The notes beneath the pieces were generated by a model. It had not been told where the DNA came from and made no database searches. It was given only the letters and a program-made list of their open reading frames with translations. From Kiritimatiellia bacterium (GTDB taxonomy: Bacteria > Verrucomicrobiota > Kiritimatiellia > SLOV01), in NCBI GenBank assembly GCA_963578625.1, contig CAUZEO010000003.1, forward strand, positions 1 through 61,620: DNA of 61,620 nucleotides. The letters run 5' to 3'. Position 1 is the stretch's first letter, and every line of letters begins with the position of its first letter. A program made the translations under genes and the position numbers. Shown here one piece after another: positions 44,518 to 54,504 of the stretch.

Positions 44518-47500
44518 ATGGAGATCGAGAATATGAAAGCCCACGCGACACTGGTTATTTTCGCTTTCGTCCTTCTTTTCGGCGACGCCTTCGCCTCCGA
44601 CCTGACCGTGGGCAAGAAAGCAATGTTCAGCGAGGATTTTGAGCTGGACGTGTACGAGTGGCGGATGGAGGAGGAGGGGGCAACCGAAGAGGAACTCCCG
44701 CAACTGATCCGAACCGACCTCGCCGATGAGGGCCACAACGCGCTGGCCCTGCGCGGGAAGCGGGGGATCCTGGCGCTGGACCTGGTCACGGAAATCAAGG
44801 GGATCGTCGAGTTCCGCGTCCGGTTCGATCCGCCCTTCGACTACACCCGCATGTTTGCCGTGGGGCTCGACGACGAGGAGGTGCTGCTGGGCCTGAACGG
44901 GTCCGGGACCTTCACTCTTGTCGCGAAGGACGGCTGGAAGCTGACACCAATGGAGGCCGGCGGCGGGTGGCACACCTTTACCTACGATCTGAGTGGGGTT
45001 TTTGCGCGCATCTACATCGACGGGCGGAAGGTGGCCGAGCTGGAGCACCTGCGCGAACTGAACCGGGTGCGTCTCGGGATCAACCATGGCAAAGGGGGGA
45101 ATTGCCTGGTCGACGCCTTTGTGATCTATAGCGCCGAGGCGGGGATCGCCGAGGACGAGGCCGTGGAGGTCGAGATTCCCCTGCTGGGCTGGGACGACGG
45201 GTTCAAGTCGTGCCGCGCGGCCTCGGAGACGCCGGAACCCGGCCGGCTCGGCATGACGGACGCAGTGGCCCGGACCGGGCGGCACTCCCTGGAGGTGGAG
45301 TTCGGACCGTATCCCTCCGGCGGCGGGCGGGGTTTCAATTTCCATCGCCGGATGCCGCTCCCCGGGGTGCCGCAGAAGATCGGACTCTGGGTACGCGGCG
45401 ACGGGTCCGGGAGCGAGATCGGCCTGGGATTCGACACCCCGAACAGCCACTTGAAATACCGGATCCCGAAGGTGACCTGGACCGGGTGGAAGAAGGTCGA
45501 GATCGACCTGACCCGGGAATGCGACCAGCTCTATGGCCGGGAGTGGGCGCTGAAGGAGGCGGCGCACGAAGGCGCATCGATCGTCCAGTTCGTCATCCCC
45601 AATCAACCTGCCGGAGCGAAGGGACATGTCTATCTCGACGACCTGACGGTGACCACGCGGCTGAGCCGCCATGCGCCGTACGTGCTCTACGCCGAGAACA
45701 CGGCGGAGGACAACATCGTGGAACTGGGCGACCCGGCGGAGTTCATCCTGCGCGTGGGGAATTACGGTGAGCAGGACGCTATGTTCACCATCGACTACCA
45801 GTTGCGGGACTACGAGGGACGCACCGTGCATAACGCCTCGACGTCGATCGAGGTGCCGGCGGGGCAGAACGCGCATGCCCGGCTCCAGGTCGACGACCTG
45901 TTCAACGGCTGGTACCAGGCGCTTTTTATCCTGACGCGCGACGGGCGTACCCTGATGACGGAGGAGGAGTCGATCGCGGTGTTGGCGCCGCTGGACCCGG
46001 CGGTTTTTTCCGACGCCAATCCGTTGGGGAATTACTCCGGGCCCAGTCGGGTGCTTCCGCGCATCGGGATGGCCGAATGCTACGTGAACAATCCGCCCTC
46101 GCCGAAAGAGTTGGCCTTTCTGGAAGAACACAATTTCACCGGGATTGTTTTCTACCAGGCTCCGAAGTGGGCCTATCTCCCGGACGAGGAGATGCACGTC
46201 GCGGCCGAAGCCTGGGCCGAAGAGATCGCGGAGACCTCGGCCTCGCTGAAGGGCAAGCCGATCTACTACAAGGTCCTGACCGAACCGAACAACAGCGGCA
46301 TCTCCCCACCGCGGTGCTACGAGGTAATCAAGTACGCCCACCGGGGACTGACGAAGGGCGACCCGGAGGCGAAGATCATCGGCCTCAACACCTCCAAGTT
46401 CGACTGGGGCCGGCAGAAGGTGGTGTGGGGCCTGGGCGGGGTCCGGTATATTCACGCCGCCGGCGTGCATCCCTACGTGGGCGCCCACATGGGGGGCATC
46501 CGGCCCGAGCGGGTTCACGGCATCGGCAACCTGATGAGCATGCTCCGGCTCGACGACATGTTGCGCCGCCACAACCAAGGCCGGCCGAAGAAGATCTGGG
46601 CCAGCGAGTTCGGGATGACCTCGTCGCTCACGGATCCGAACGAAGGCAGCTACGAACGGCAGGCCGACCTCACCGCCCGGACCGTCATCGTGTTCAAGAC
46701 CATGGAGAACTTCGGCAAGATTCACTACCACCTCCCGCGCGACTCCTCGGTGTGGGGGAAGTTCGGGCTTTTCACGGTGACCGGCGAACCCAAGCCGGCG
46801 GCGGCGGCGTTTCACACCTTGGCGAGGCGGTTGACCGGGGTGAAGTGGCTGAAGACGATCGAAGCAGAGAACAACGTCCGCGCGTACCTGTTCGAGACGC
46901 CGGAGGCGGGCCGGCAGATGATTGCGGCGTGGGCGATCGAGGGAGGGGAGGCTTTATCCTTGCCGGTTGCCTGTGAGGCGGTCGAGGTGATGAATCTGAT
47001 GGGAGGGGTTCGCATGGAGACATGCGCGGATGGACGGTTGAAGCTGGGTCTGACCGAGTCGCCGGTCTTCGTGTCATCTGTCGGAGGGACCCGCCTGGTC
47101 GATCAATGGGTCCAGGTGGAGCGGCGGTATCGCGAGCTGCGCACCGGATCGGTACAGACTCCCTACGTAGTTCGAGTCGCGAACCTGGGGTCGGAGTTAC
47201 TGGCGGGCACACTGACATGCGATCCGCCGGACGGAATCACGGCCGCGGAAGCGAAACAGGGGTTCGAGGTGCCGCCCGGCGAAACAAGAAATTTCACGGT
47301 CGCGATCGATGTCGCCGCTGATTGTGAACCCGGATTGCGCGATCTGGTCTTTGCCTTGGAGTCCCACCCGCTCTATTCAAGCCGGAGCATGATCAGCGTC
47401 GTGCGGCCGGAGACCGCGCTGGCCCCGGCCCGCGTTGCCGAAGCGCCGGTGATCGATGGAAAACTCGACGAGGAAGCCTGGCAGGATACGAAGGCTTTCA

Positions 47501-48042
47501 CCCCGTTTCTCGACGACACCACCGGTTTCGTCCCGCTTGTGAACCAGGAAGTCCGCCTGGTCTACGATGCGAAGGGGCTGTACGTCGGCATGACGTGCCG
47601 GACGCGGGCGGGAGAGGCGTTGCGTGCCGATCACCAGGAGCGTGACGACCCGCTTCTATGGCAGGACGAGTGCGTCGAGCTCTTCCTTGACCCCGACCTT
47701 GACCGGAACAACTACTACCAGTTCATCGTCAACGTCGAGGGCGTTGAGGGAGACCGAAAATACGTTGACACGAAGACGCAGAAGCCGGACTGGGAGGGAG
47801 CCGGGGATTGGGACGGATCCATGACGTCCGCCACCTCGCGCACGGAAGACAGGTGGGCCGTGGAAATCCACATCCCGTGGGAGGACGTCGAGGTCGAGCC
47901 GGGCCGCGTGCATCGGATGGGCATCAATCTCTGCCGCAAGTACGCCCCGGTGGGCGATGCCACCATCCGCTCCTACACCCCGAGCGGCATCCAGGTCCAC
48001 GGGGTGGAATCCTACCCGGTGGTCGAGGTTGACCTGCGATGA
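44518..48042 (+). CDS. Secreted LamG-like + clan GH-A-like TIM-barrel + CBM9-like protein
   Basis: 1174 aa. Signal peptide ATLVIFAFVLLFGDAFA. VLTEPNNSG is an NEP-type acid/base motif. IWASEFGM, about 100 aa later, is nucleophile-type. The C-terminal ECVELFLDPDLDRNNYYQFIVN is a CBM9-type block. Confidence 0.8.
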   Translation: MEIENMKAHATLVIFAFVLLFGDAFASDLTVGKKAMFSEDFELDVYEWRMEEEGATEEELPQLIRTDLADEGHNALALRGKRGILALDLVTEIKGIVEFRVRFDPPFDYTRMFAVGLDDEEVLLGLNGSGTFTLVAKDGWKLTPMEAGGGWHTFTYDLSGVFARIYIDGRKVAELEHLRELNRVRLGINHGKGGNCLVDAFVIYSAEAGIAEDEAVEVEIPLLGWDDGFKSCRAASETPEPGRLGMTDAVARTGRHSLEVEFGPYPSGGGRGFNFHRRMPLPGVPQKIGLWVRGDGSGSEIGLGFDTPNSHLKYRIPKVTWTGWKKVEIDLTRECDQLYGREWALKEAAHEGASIVQFVIPNQPAGAKGHVYLDDLTVTTRLSRHAPYVLYAENTAEDNIVELGDPAEFILRVGNYGEQDAMFTIDYQLRDYEGRTVHNASTSIEVPAGQNAHARLQVDDLFNGWYQALFILTRDGRTLMTEEESIAVLAPLDPAVFSDANPLGNYSGPSRVLPRIGMAECYVNNPPSPKELAFLEEHNFTGIVFYQAPKWAYLPDEEMHVAAEAWAEEIAETSASLKGKPIYYKVLTEPNNSGISPPRCYEVIKYAHRGLTKGDPEAKIIGLNTSKFDWGRQKVVWGLGGVRYIHAAGVHPYVGAHMGGIRPERVHGIGNLMSMLRLDDMLRRHNQGRPKKIWASEFGMTSSLTDPNEGSYERQADLTARTVIVFKTMENFGKIHYHLPRDSSVWGKFGLFTVTGEPKPAAAAFHTLARRLTGVKWLKTIEAENNVRAYLFETPEAGRQMIAAWAIEGGEALSLPVACEAVEVMNLMGGVRMETCADGRLKLGLTESPVFVSSVGGTRLVDQWVQVERRYRELRTGSVQTPYVVRVANLGSELLAGTLTCDPPDGITAAEAKQGFEVPPGETRNFTVAIDVAADCEPGLRDLVFALESHPLYSSRSMISVVRPETALAPARVAEAPVIDGKLDEEAWQDTKAFTPFLDDTTGFVPLVNQEVRLVYDAKGLYVGMTCRTRAGEALRADHQERDDPLLWQDECVELFLDPDLDRNNYYQFIVNVEGVEGDRKYVDTKTQKPDWEGAGDWDGSMTSATSRTEDRWAVEIHIPWEDVEVEPGRVHRMGINLCRKYAPVGDATIRSYTPSGIQVHGVESYPVVEVDLR

Positions 48043-48290
48043 GCGCGGGTCGTTCAAGTTGCCACGCGATGAATCCGATCCTATGCTTTCACGAATGACA
48101 GGGTCCAACCACGACTTCTTTCGTCGAAACGGCTAACGGAGCTACGGGCCCCCGCCGCCCATGAAAGGACAAAGAAGTCGTTGGCCGGGCCGATCGACAA
48201 AGCTTACGACAAAGTGAAATCACATATGCGGCGCCCGAGACCTTCTGAACCCTGAACCATTCCTGAGCCGACTGGCAAGCCCCCGAGCCT

Positions 48291-49766
48291 TTGAACCCTC
48301 CCCCCAACATCCTCTGGATCGGCACCGACGAGCAGCACCGCGGCTCGATCGGGTGCTACGGTTCCGTAAACTGCCGCACGCCGCATGTCGATGCGCTGGC
48401 AGCGGAGTCGATGGTCTTCGACCAGGCTTTTTCTCCCATGGCGGTCTGCGCACCGACCCGTGCCTCGATCCTCACCGGCAAACTGCCCAGCGAGGGGAGC
48501 GTGATCGGGAACGGCGACATGGAGTTCACCATGCCGTTTCGGGAGATCACGAAGAAGGAGGTCCCGCTTCCCACCTGGGTCCCCGCCCTGAAGGAGGCGG
48601 GCTACCGGTGCGTGCATGTCGGCAAGTGGCATGTTCTTCCTGAATGGGAAGACCGTCCCAGCCACTTTGGATTCGAGGGGCCGGATTGGCCGGGGTTCGG
48701 ACAGATCTGGGACGAGGAGGACTACCGGGATTATCGCGTCTCGATCGGTCTTCCCCGTGAGCTGGAGTTCAGCGAGGAGATCAATGCACTGCACCCCATG
48801 GGCGGTTCGCCCTTCGAGCCCAAGTCCGCGCGGCTGGCGGGGCCTGTGGAGGGGAGCCTACCCTACTTCGTGGCGGAGAAGACCATCGAGTCGATGCGCG
48901 AGGTAGCGTCCGCGGCAAGGGCCGGCGAGCGGCCGTTCTTCCTGCGCTGCGAGTTCTGGGGCCCGCACATTCCCTGCATCGTCACCGAACCCTACTACTC
49001 GATGTACGATCCGGCAGCGCTGCAGTTGCCGGAGAACTTCGGCGTGCTGGGCGAGAACAAGCCGGAGATCCACGCCAACATGTCGGGCGGATGGGGGATC
49101 GCCACCCATCCGGAGGATGTCCAGCGTCGATTCATCGCCTCCTACCTCGGCTACGTGAGCTGCATTGACGCCCAGGTGGGACGGATGCTGGCCGCACTCG
49201 ACGAGCTGGGACTGGCGGAGAACACCATCGTGGTCTACACGTCCGACCACGGCGACAGCCTGGGAGCACACGGGATCTACGACAAGGGGCCGTTCATGTA
49301 CGACGACATTTATCGCGTGCCCCTCATCGTGCGCTGGCCGGGCACGGTCCGGCCCGGCCGAAGCGACGCCCTGGTCTATAACATGGACATGGGCGCCACG
49401 ATGTGGGAGGTGGCCGGGGCGCCCGTCCCGCCGGGCGGCTCCGCCCGCAGCCTGCTCCCGGTCCTGCGCGGCGAGGCTGCGAATCTCGGCCGCGAGGCGA
49501 TCATCTGCGAACTGTGGCTGCAGTGGGACTTCTATCCCCAGGCCATGGCACACTCGGGTCGGGAAAAGTTCGTCTACAATTTCGGCGGCACCGACGAGTA
49601 CTACGACCTGGCCACCGATCCCGGGGAACTCCGCAACCGGATCCGCGACCCGGCGGTCCGCGATCGCGCCCAGACCCTGAAGACCCACCTGCACAACTGG
49701 ATGAAACAGGTGAAGTCGCCCATGCTGGAAGGCTTCGAGCGGACACAGGCAGCCAAGGCTCTTTGA
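48291..49766 (+). CDS. Cys-type (formylglycine) sulfatase 2, no signal peptide
   Basis: ILWIGTDEQHRG and AVCAPTRASILTGKLPS (C-x-P-x-R) are present, with YTSDHGDSLGAHG later. TTG at 48291 is the longest possible start, leaving no room for a signal peptide. Confidence 0.85.
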   Translation: MNPPPNILWIGTDEQHRGSIGCYGSVNCRTPHVDALAAESMVFDQAFSPMAVCAPTRASILTGKLPSEGSVIGNGDMEFTMPFREITKKEVPLPTWVPALKEAGYRCVHVGKWHVLPEWEDRPSHFGFEGPDWPGFGQIWDEEDYRDYRVSIGLPRELEFSEEINALHPMGGSPFEPKSARLAGPVEGSLPYFVAEKTIESMREVASAARAGERPFFLRCEFWGPHIPCIVTEPYYSMYDPAALQLPENFGVLGENKPEIHANMSGGWGIATHPEDVQRRFIASYLGYVSCIDAQVGRMLAALDELGLAENTIVVYTSDHGDSLGAHGIYDKGPFMYDDIYRVPLIVRWPGTVRPGRSDALVYNMDMGATMWEVAGAPVPPGGSARSLLPVLRGEAANLGREAIICELWLQWDFYPQAMAHSGREKFVYNFGGTDEYYDLATDPGELRNRIRDPAVRDRAQTLKTHLHNWMKQVKSPMLEGFERTQAAKAL

Positions 49767-50124
49767 GGAGCGTAGGACAAACCGGGGGCAAACCGGCAGT
49801 ATTCTCCCGCAAGTTACCACACGCAGAGGTATCAACCGTAGCGGAAGCTCCTTGAGTATCGGTAACGAGACATCGACCGAGCTCTCAAGAGGGTGCGGGC
49901 GAACCTGTGGAATTTCCGTGCCTACGAAGAGCGGGCCCTGCTCCAGAAGAACATTCTCAAGGTCATCGAGGGACAGGGGCTGTCGTTAGAGGCTTCGGGA
50001 TCGGATCCCCATTCCAATTGCGACTTCGTCTGAGTCCTGGGTTTTCGTGGATCAGAGCCTTGGCAATCCCGGGGAGCGTGTGGCATGATCCTTCCTGAAT
50101 CGAAAGGTCTCAAGGTGCGTGAGC

Positions 50125-51306
50125 ATGACGGAAACAACCGATGTCGTGATCGTCGGCGGAGGGTCGACCGGAACGAGTACAGCGCTTCACCTGGCTCGAC
50201 TTGGCGTCCGGGTTGTCCTCGTCGAGAAAAATCTCATCGGAAGTGGACAGTCGGGACACGCGGCAGGAATCGCGCGCACGCATACGCCGGTGATCGAAGC
50301 AGCACGGGCGGCCAAGGAGTCGCTTGATTTTTTTCAGAACTTCAAGGAGACGGTAGGCGAGGACATTCCGTTCCACAGAGTTGGCTACCTCGTGATCTTT
50401 CCGCGGGAGGTCAAAGACCTCGTTACCGAACACGCCGCCCGCTTGGAGAGCATCGGTAGCTATAGTCACGTCATCGGGGAGGACGAGGCTCGGGCGATCT
50501 TCCCGCCGATGGAGTGTCGGGAACCGGCGACGTATCTGTTCGAAGCAGCGGCGGGATATATCGACCCCATGGCCGTCACCCGGGCGCTCGCCGATGCGGC
50601 GATCCGGGAAGGGGTTCAGGTATGCGAGGGCGTTCAGGTCAACTCGTTGAACGTGACGAATGGACAAGTTTCCGGAGTTGTGACAACGGGCGGCGTCATC
50701 AATTCGGCGAAAGTTTTCCTGGCGACCGGTGTGTGGACGAATACGCTCTTGCGAGATCTCCACGCCCAGATCGCCGTCTATCCTCACCGGACGGAGGCGA
50801 TTTTCCTGAGGCGACCGCCGGCGGAGCACGGTGATCATCCGGTGATCGACGACAAGCACAACCTCGTTTATTACAGGCCCCAGGGTCGGGATCAATCGTA
50901 CGTCGGATATCTGGAAGCGATGAGGCACCCGGATCGCGATAGCCTGGACCGGGGCGACCCTGACAACCTCCGTCAGGGAAACACTCTCGAGACCGTGCGC
51001 GACCTGCACGAGAGAGTATCCCGGAGAGTCCCGGCCTACCGAAAGGGCTACTGGAAGAGCGGCTTTGCGTGCGTTTACGACGTTACGGAAGATTGGTTGC
51101 CCACGTTCGATGAAATCGAGAGCGCCGGAGGTCTGTTCGTCGCCTCCGGCTTCAGCGGTGGAGGATTTCATCTGGCGCCCTGGATCGGCAGAACGATGGC
51201 GGAGTACATCTCGAGCGGTGAGAAGCCGAAGGAACTCGAGCCGTTCGCGAATGGACGGTTTCGGGACCGTACGTTGATCACGGGTGTTTACCCGTTTGCC
51301 AGATAG
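50125..51306 (+). CDS. FAD-dependent oxidoreductase (DAO family)
   Basis: MTETTDVVIVGGGSTGTSTALHLARLGVRVVLVEK is a dinucleotide-binding motif. The C-terminal GFSGGGFHLAPWIG is typical of the DAO family. Confidence 0.8.
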   Translation: MTETTDVVIVGGGSTGTSTALHLARLGVRVVLVEKNLIGSGQSGHAAGIARTHTPVIEAARAAKESLDFFQNFKETVGEDIPFHRVGYLVIFPREVKDLVTEHAARLESIGSYSHVIGEDEARAIFPPMECREPATYLFEAAAGYIDPMAVTRALADAAIREGVQVCEGVQVNSLNVTNGQVSGVVTTGGVINSAKVFLATGVWTNTLLRDLHAQIAVYPHRTEAIFLRRPPAEHGDHPVIDDKHNLVYYRPQGRDQSYVGYLEAMRHPDRDSLDRGDPDNLRQGNTLETVRDLHERVSRRVPAYRKGYWKSGFACVYDVTEDWLPTFDEIESAGGLFVASGFSGGGFHLAPWIGRTMAEYISSGEKPKELEPFANGRFRDRTLITGVYPFAR

Positions 51307-51491
51307 GAAATTCCCCCGCCACGCACCGTCAATCCGAATGACGTGAACACATCACGAATCCTTCAACCCTTTCACCGATATCCTCGCCAACCCTTGGTTC
51401 TGCCACACGATGGTGGCATGCCCGGTGGGTAGAAGGCGTGTGGACAGCTTGCTACTTTGGGGTGGATTCCGACTGATTTCTCCACGACACT

Positions 51492-51851
51492 ATGCGCATG
51501 GAGCACGGAGAGCCACATCATCACCCCAACCTGGTCTTCACGTTGGCCGACGTTGAGGCCATCCGCGAGAAGGTTGCCCGGTATGACTGGGCCCGGAATC
51601 TCTACCGGCGCATCAAGACCGCCGTCGACGGCGGAACGGAGGCCTACTATCCGCCGGGGCGGCGTTTCTCCATGGCCAATCCGGATCCGGGCATGGCGGC
51701 CTTTCCCGACGAGGGCCCCGGGCGGCGGGCGGTACTGGAAACGCCGGCGTTCCGTATCGATTTCCGCGGGGCATATGTGTACCTGCGCATGGTGGAAGGA
51801 AAGGTCGCGGCAGTACAGGGGAAGGTGGAAGAGGCCGTGGCAGTGGCCTGA
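51492..51851 (+). pseudogene. Internally deleted mini-copy of a heparinase II/III-like gene (N-terminal ~55 aa joined in frame to C-terminal ~45 aa)
   Basis: HPNLVFTLADVEAIREKVARYDWARNLYRRIKTAVDGG matches the N-terminus of 21593..24082. GRRAVLETPAFRIDFRGAYVYLRMVEGKVAAVQGKVEE matches its extreme C-terminus (GRVILTTPAFRVEFSGPYVWLRLVDGKISATQGKITE). Confidence 0.55.
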
Positions 51852-51866
51852 CCTGACTTCGCTTCG

Positions 51867-52952
51867 ATGATCTCCAGCGCGACCATCCGGGAACTGCAGC
51901 AGCGTTGGCCGTTGCCGTCGGCGCCGCGGCCGATCGTGGTGATCGGGGCGGGCGGCATCGTCAATGACGCCCATCTTCCGGCGTATGCCGCCTGCGGCTT
52001 TGAGGTCGCCTCGGTATTCGACGTGGATCGCGGGCGCAGCGTGAAGACGGCGGAGGCCCACGGCATTCCCCGCGTCTGCGACTCGCTGGACGAAGCCGTG
52101 GAGCGGGAGGGCATCGTCTTCGACATTGCCGTGCCGCCCGATCGACTGGCTTCCGTCGTCGAGCGTCTGCCGGTGGGCGCCACCGTATTGATGCAAAAAC
52201 CAATGGGTGCCAACCTGGAAGATGCCCGGCGCATCCGGCAACTCTGTCGGGAACGGGAGTTGATCGCCGCGGTAAACTTCCAGCTTCGATTCGCCCCCAT
52301 GATGCTGGCGCTGCGGGACCTGATTCGTCGCGGCGTCCTGGGCGATATCGTGGACGTAGATGTTCACCTGAACTACCTCGAGCCCTGGGACTTGTTCCCC
52401 TTTCTCAAGTCGCAGGCCCGGGTGGAGATGATGATCGCCTCGATCCACTATTTCGACTGGATCCGCAGCCTGCTCGGCGAACCCGAAGGGGTCTACGCGC
52501 GGTCAATTCCCCACCCGGAATACCCGGGCATCGAAACGACGCGCACCAGCGCGATCCTGGATTACGGCGGGGCCACGCGTTGCTGCCTGTCACTGAACAA
52601 CACATGGGCCTATGGGGCGCGGCATGAGGCCACCGCCGTGCGCGTTGAGGGATTGAAGGCCGCGGCGGTTGTGCGCATCGGCGCCCTCATCAACTACCCC
52701 CAGGGGGAAAAGGACACGTTGGAAATCGCACGGCGTCCGGCGGGCGATGCGCCCGTTTCCTGGCAGCCGGTGCCGTTGGTGGGCGGCTGGTTCCCGGATG
52801 CCTTCCGGGGTACGATGTCGAACCTGCAGCGCTACGCCGCGGGGGAGGACGAGATCCTGGTCACCCATTTCGAAGATGCCTACCGGACCATGGCCATGAT
52901 CGAGGCGGGTTACGCGTCCAATGATCACGGGCGGACACCAATTCCGGAGTAG
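51867..52952 (+). CDS. Gfo/Idh/MocA-family NAD(P)-dependent sugar oxidoreductase
   Basis: PIVVIGAGGIVNDAHLPAYAACGFEVASVFDVD is the N-terminal Rossmann motif. MQKPMGANLEDARRI is the EKP-type block. Confidence 0.8.
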   Translation: MISSATIRELQQRWPLPSAPRPIVVIGAGGIVNDAHLPAYAACGFEVASVFDVDRGRSVKTAEAHGIPRVCDSLDEAVEREGIVFDIAVPPDRLASVVERLPVGATVLMQKPMGANLEDARRIRQLCRERELIAAVNFQLRFAPMMLALRDLIRRGVLGDIVDVDVHLNYLEPWDLFPFLKSQARVEMMIASIHYFDWIRSLLGEPEGVYARSIPHPEYPGIETTRTSAILDYGGATRCCLSLNNTWAYGARHEATAVRVEGLKAAAVVRIGALINYPQGEKDTLEIARRPAGDAPVSWQPVPLVGGWFPDAFRGTMSNLQRYAAGEDEILVTHFEDAYRTMAMIEAGYASNDHGRTPIPE

Positions 52953-52960
52953 GAGGAACC

Positions 52961-54271
52961 GTGCGAATCACCATCACCGACATGACCGTGCGGGATATTC
53001 GCTTTCCCACGTCGGAGGAGCTTCACGGCTCGGATGCCATTCACACGGCCCCCGATTACTCGTGCGCCTACGTTGAACTGCGGACGGCAACCGAAGGCCT
53101 GACGGGTACCGGCCTCGCGTTCACGTTGGGCCGCGGCAACGACGTCTGCGTGGCCATGATCGAGGCGTTCAGGGATCTCGTGATCGGCCGCGAACTGGCG
53201 GACATCTACGCCGACATGCGTGCCTTCTGGTTCAGCCTCACCAATGACGGACAGCTGCGCTGGCTGGGTCCGGAAAAGGGAGTGGTGCACTTCGGCGCGG
53301 CCGCTCTGGTCAACGCCGTCTGGGACCTCCGGGCGAAGGCGGAGGGTAAGCCCCTGTGGCGACTCCTGGCGGACATGTCCCCGCAAGCCCTCATCGATTG
53401 CATTGACTTCCAGCATATCGACGACGCGCTCACCGAGGCCGAGGCACGAGAGATCCTGGAGGCGCACGTGGCGGGCCGGCGCGGCCGGGCTGCGGAGCTG
53501 GTGGAAACCGGACTGCCGTCGTACACCTCAAGTGCCGGCTGGCTCGGTTACAGCGATGCGCAGGTCGGCGACCGGGTGAGGAAATACATGGCGGATGGGT
53601 GGACCTCCTTCAAGATGAAGGTCGGGGTGGACATTGAGGCCGAGGTGCGCCGGGCGGCGCTGATACGGGATGTGATGGGAGCCGAGGGGCGCCTCATGGT
53701 CGATGCCAACCAGGTGTGGAGCGCCGACCAGGCGATCGAGTGCATGGCCCGGCTGGCGCCCTGCGATCCACTCTGGATCGAGGAGCCGACGCATCCCGAT
53801 GACATTCTTGCGCATGCGAGGATTGCCAAGGCTGTGGCGCCCATCGGCGTGGCGGCGGGGGAGTGCATCAGCAACGCGGTGCTCTATAAGCAATTCATGC
53901 AGGCCGGCGCCATGAGTTTCTGCCAGATTGACAGTTGCCGGCTGGGGGGCGTCAACGAAGTGCTCGCCGTCCTGCTGATGGCGGCGAAGTTCGACATTCC
54001 CGTATGTCCGCATGCCGGTGGTGTTGGCCTGGGCGAGCAGGTTCAGCACCTGGCGGCGTTCAACTATCTGGCGGTGGCGCCATCGTTAGAGAATGTCGTG
54101 ATCGAGCACACGGATCATTTGCATGAGCATTTCGTGCATGCCGTGTTGATGAAAAATGGCCGCTACCAACTCCCGGATGCCCCGGGGTACAGCAACACCA
54201 TGAAGCCGGCGTCGCTCCATGCCTACGAATTCCCGGGCGGTCGGGTTTGGCGAAGTAGCGCGGCGCATTAG
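52961..54271 (+). CDS. fucD: L-fuconate dehydratase (enolase superfamily)
   Basis: GTG start with AGGAGG upstream. It is colinear from end to end with my recollection of Xanthomonas FucD: VRDIRFPTSEELHGSDA, QLRWLGPEKGV, GWLGYSD, VDANQVWS, WIEEPTHPDD, QIDSCRLGGVNE, CPHAGGVGL, IEHTDHLHEHF. Confidence 0.9.
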   Translation: MRITITDMTVRDIRFPTSEELHGSDAIHTAPDYSCAYVELRTATEGLTGTGLAFTLGRGNDVCVAMIEAFRDLVIGRELADIYADMRAFWFSLTNDGQLRWLGPEKGVVHFGAAALVNAVWDLRAKAEGKPLWRLLADMSPQALIDCIDFQHIDDALTEAEAREILEAHVAGRRGRAAELVETGLPSYTSSAGWLGYSDAQVGDRVRKYMADGWTSFKMKVGVDIEAEVRRAALIRDVMGAEGRLMVDANQVWSADQAIECMARLAPCDPLWIEEPTHPDDILAHARIAKAVAPIGVAAGECISNAVLYKQFMQAGAMSFCQIDSCRLGGVNEVLAVLLMAAKFDIPVCPHAGGVGLGEQVQHLAAFNYLAVAPSLENVVIEHTDHLHEHFVHAVLMKNGRYQLPDAPGYSNTMKPASLHAYEFPGGRVWRSSAAH

Positions 54272-54504
54272 CCGCTCGTGACCGCGCACCGGGAACCACC
54301 CGCCCATTCCACACCTGTACTCGATCCGCTTTGCGGTCAATGGTGAACGCGCAGACTGTGTGGAGGATTCTGATTCCCTGGTCGTATCCAATGCAGTACC
54401 GATGACTCGATGCCGCTGGGCAACGGGTCCGTCGGGTTGAATGTATGTACCGAGGTCAACGGCGAAGTGAAAAGACCCACGGTTCCCCCGGCCGCTGCCC
54501 GAGG

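Noticed and set aside
44422-46815. 797-aa minus-strand ORF
   Set aside because: It is antisense to the 1174-aa secreted protein, which has a signal peptide, catalytic-type motifs and a paralog at the left edge. The minus product is low-complexity and Arg/Gly/Pro/His-rich.
48105-48184. Imperfect inverted repeat (ccaaccacgacttctttcgtc / gacaaagaagtcgttgg) in the spacer before sulfatase 2
   Set aside because: Only a 10-bp perfect core with bulged flanks and a ~45-nt loop. That is too weak to call a terminator or riboswitch without folding and conservation data.
49767-50124. 358-nt spacer with short ORFs, including a 47-codon frame (VRANLWNFRAYEERALLQKNILKVIEGQGL...)
   Set aside because: I recognise no family, it has no RBS or start context, and it is below the size where composition is informative. 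It may be a decayed remnant, but I cannot support a call.
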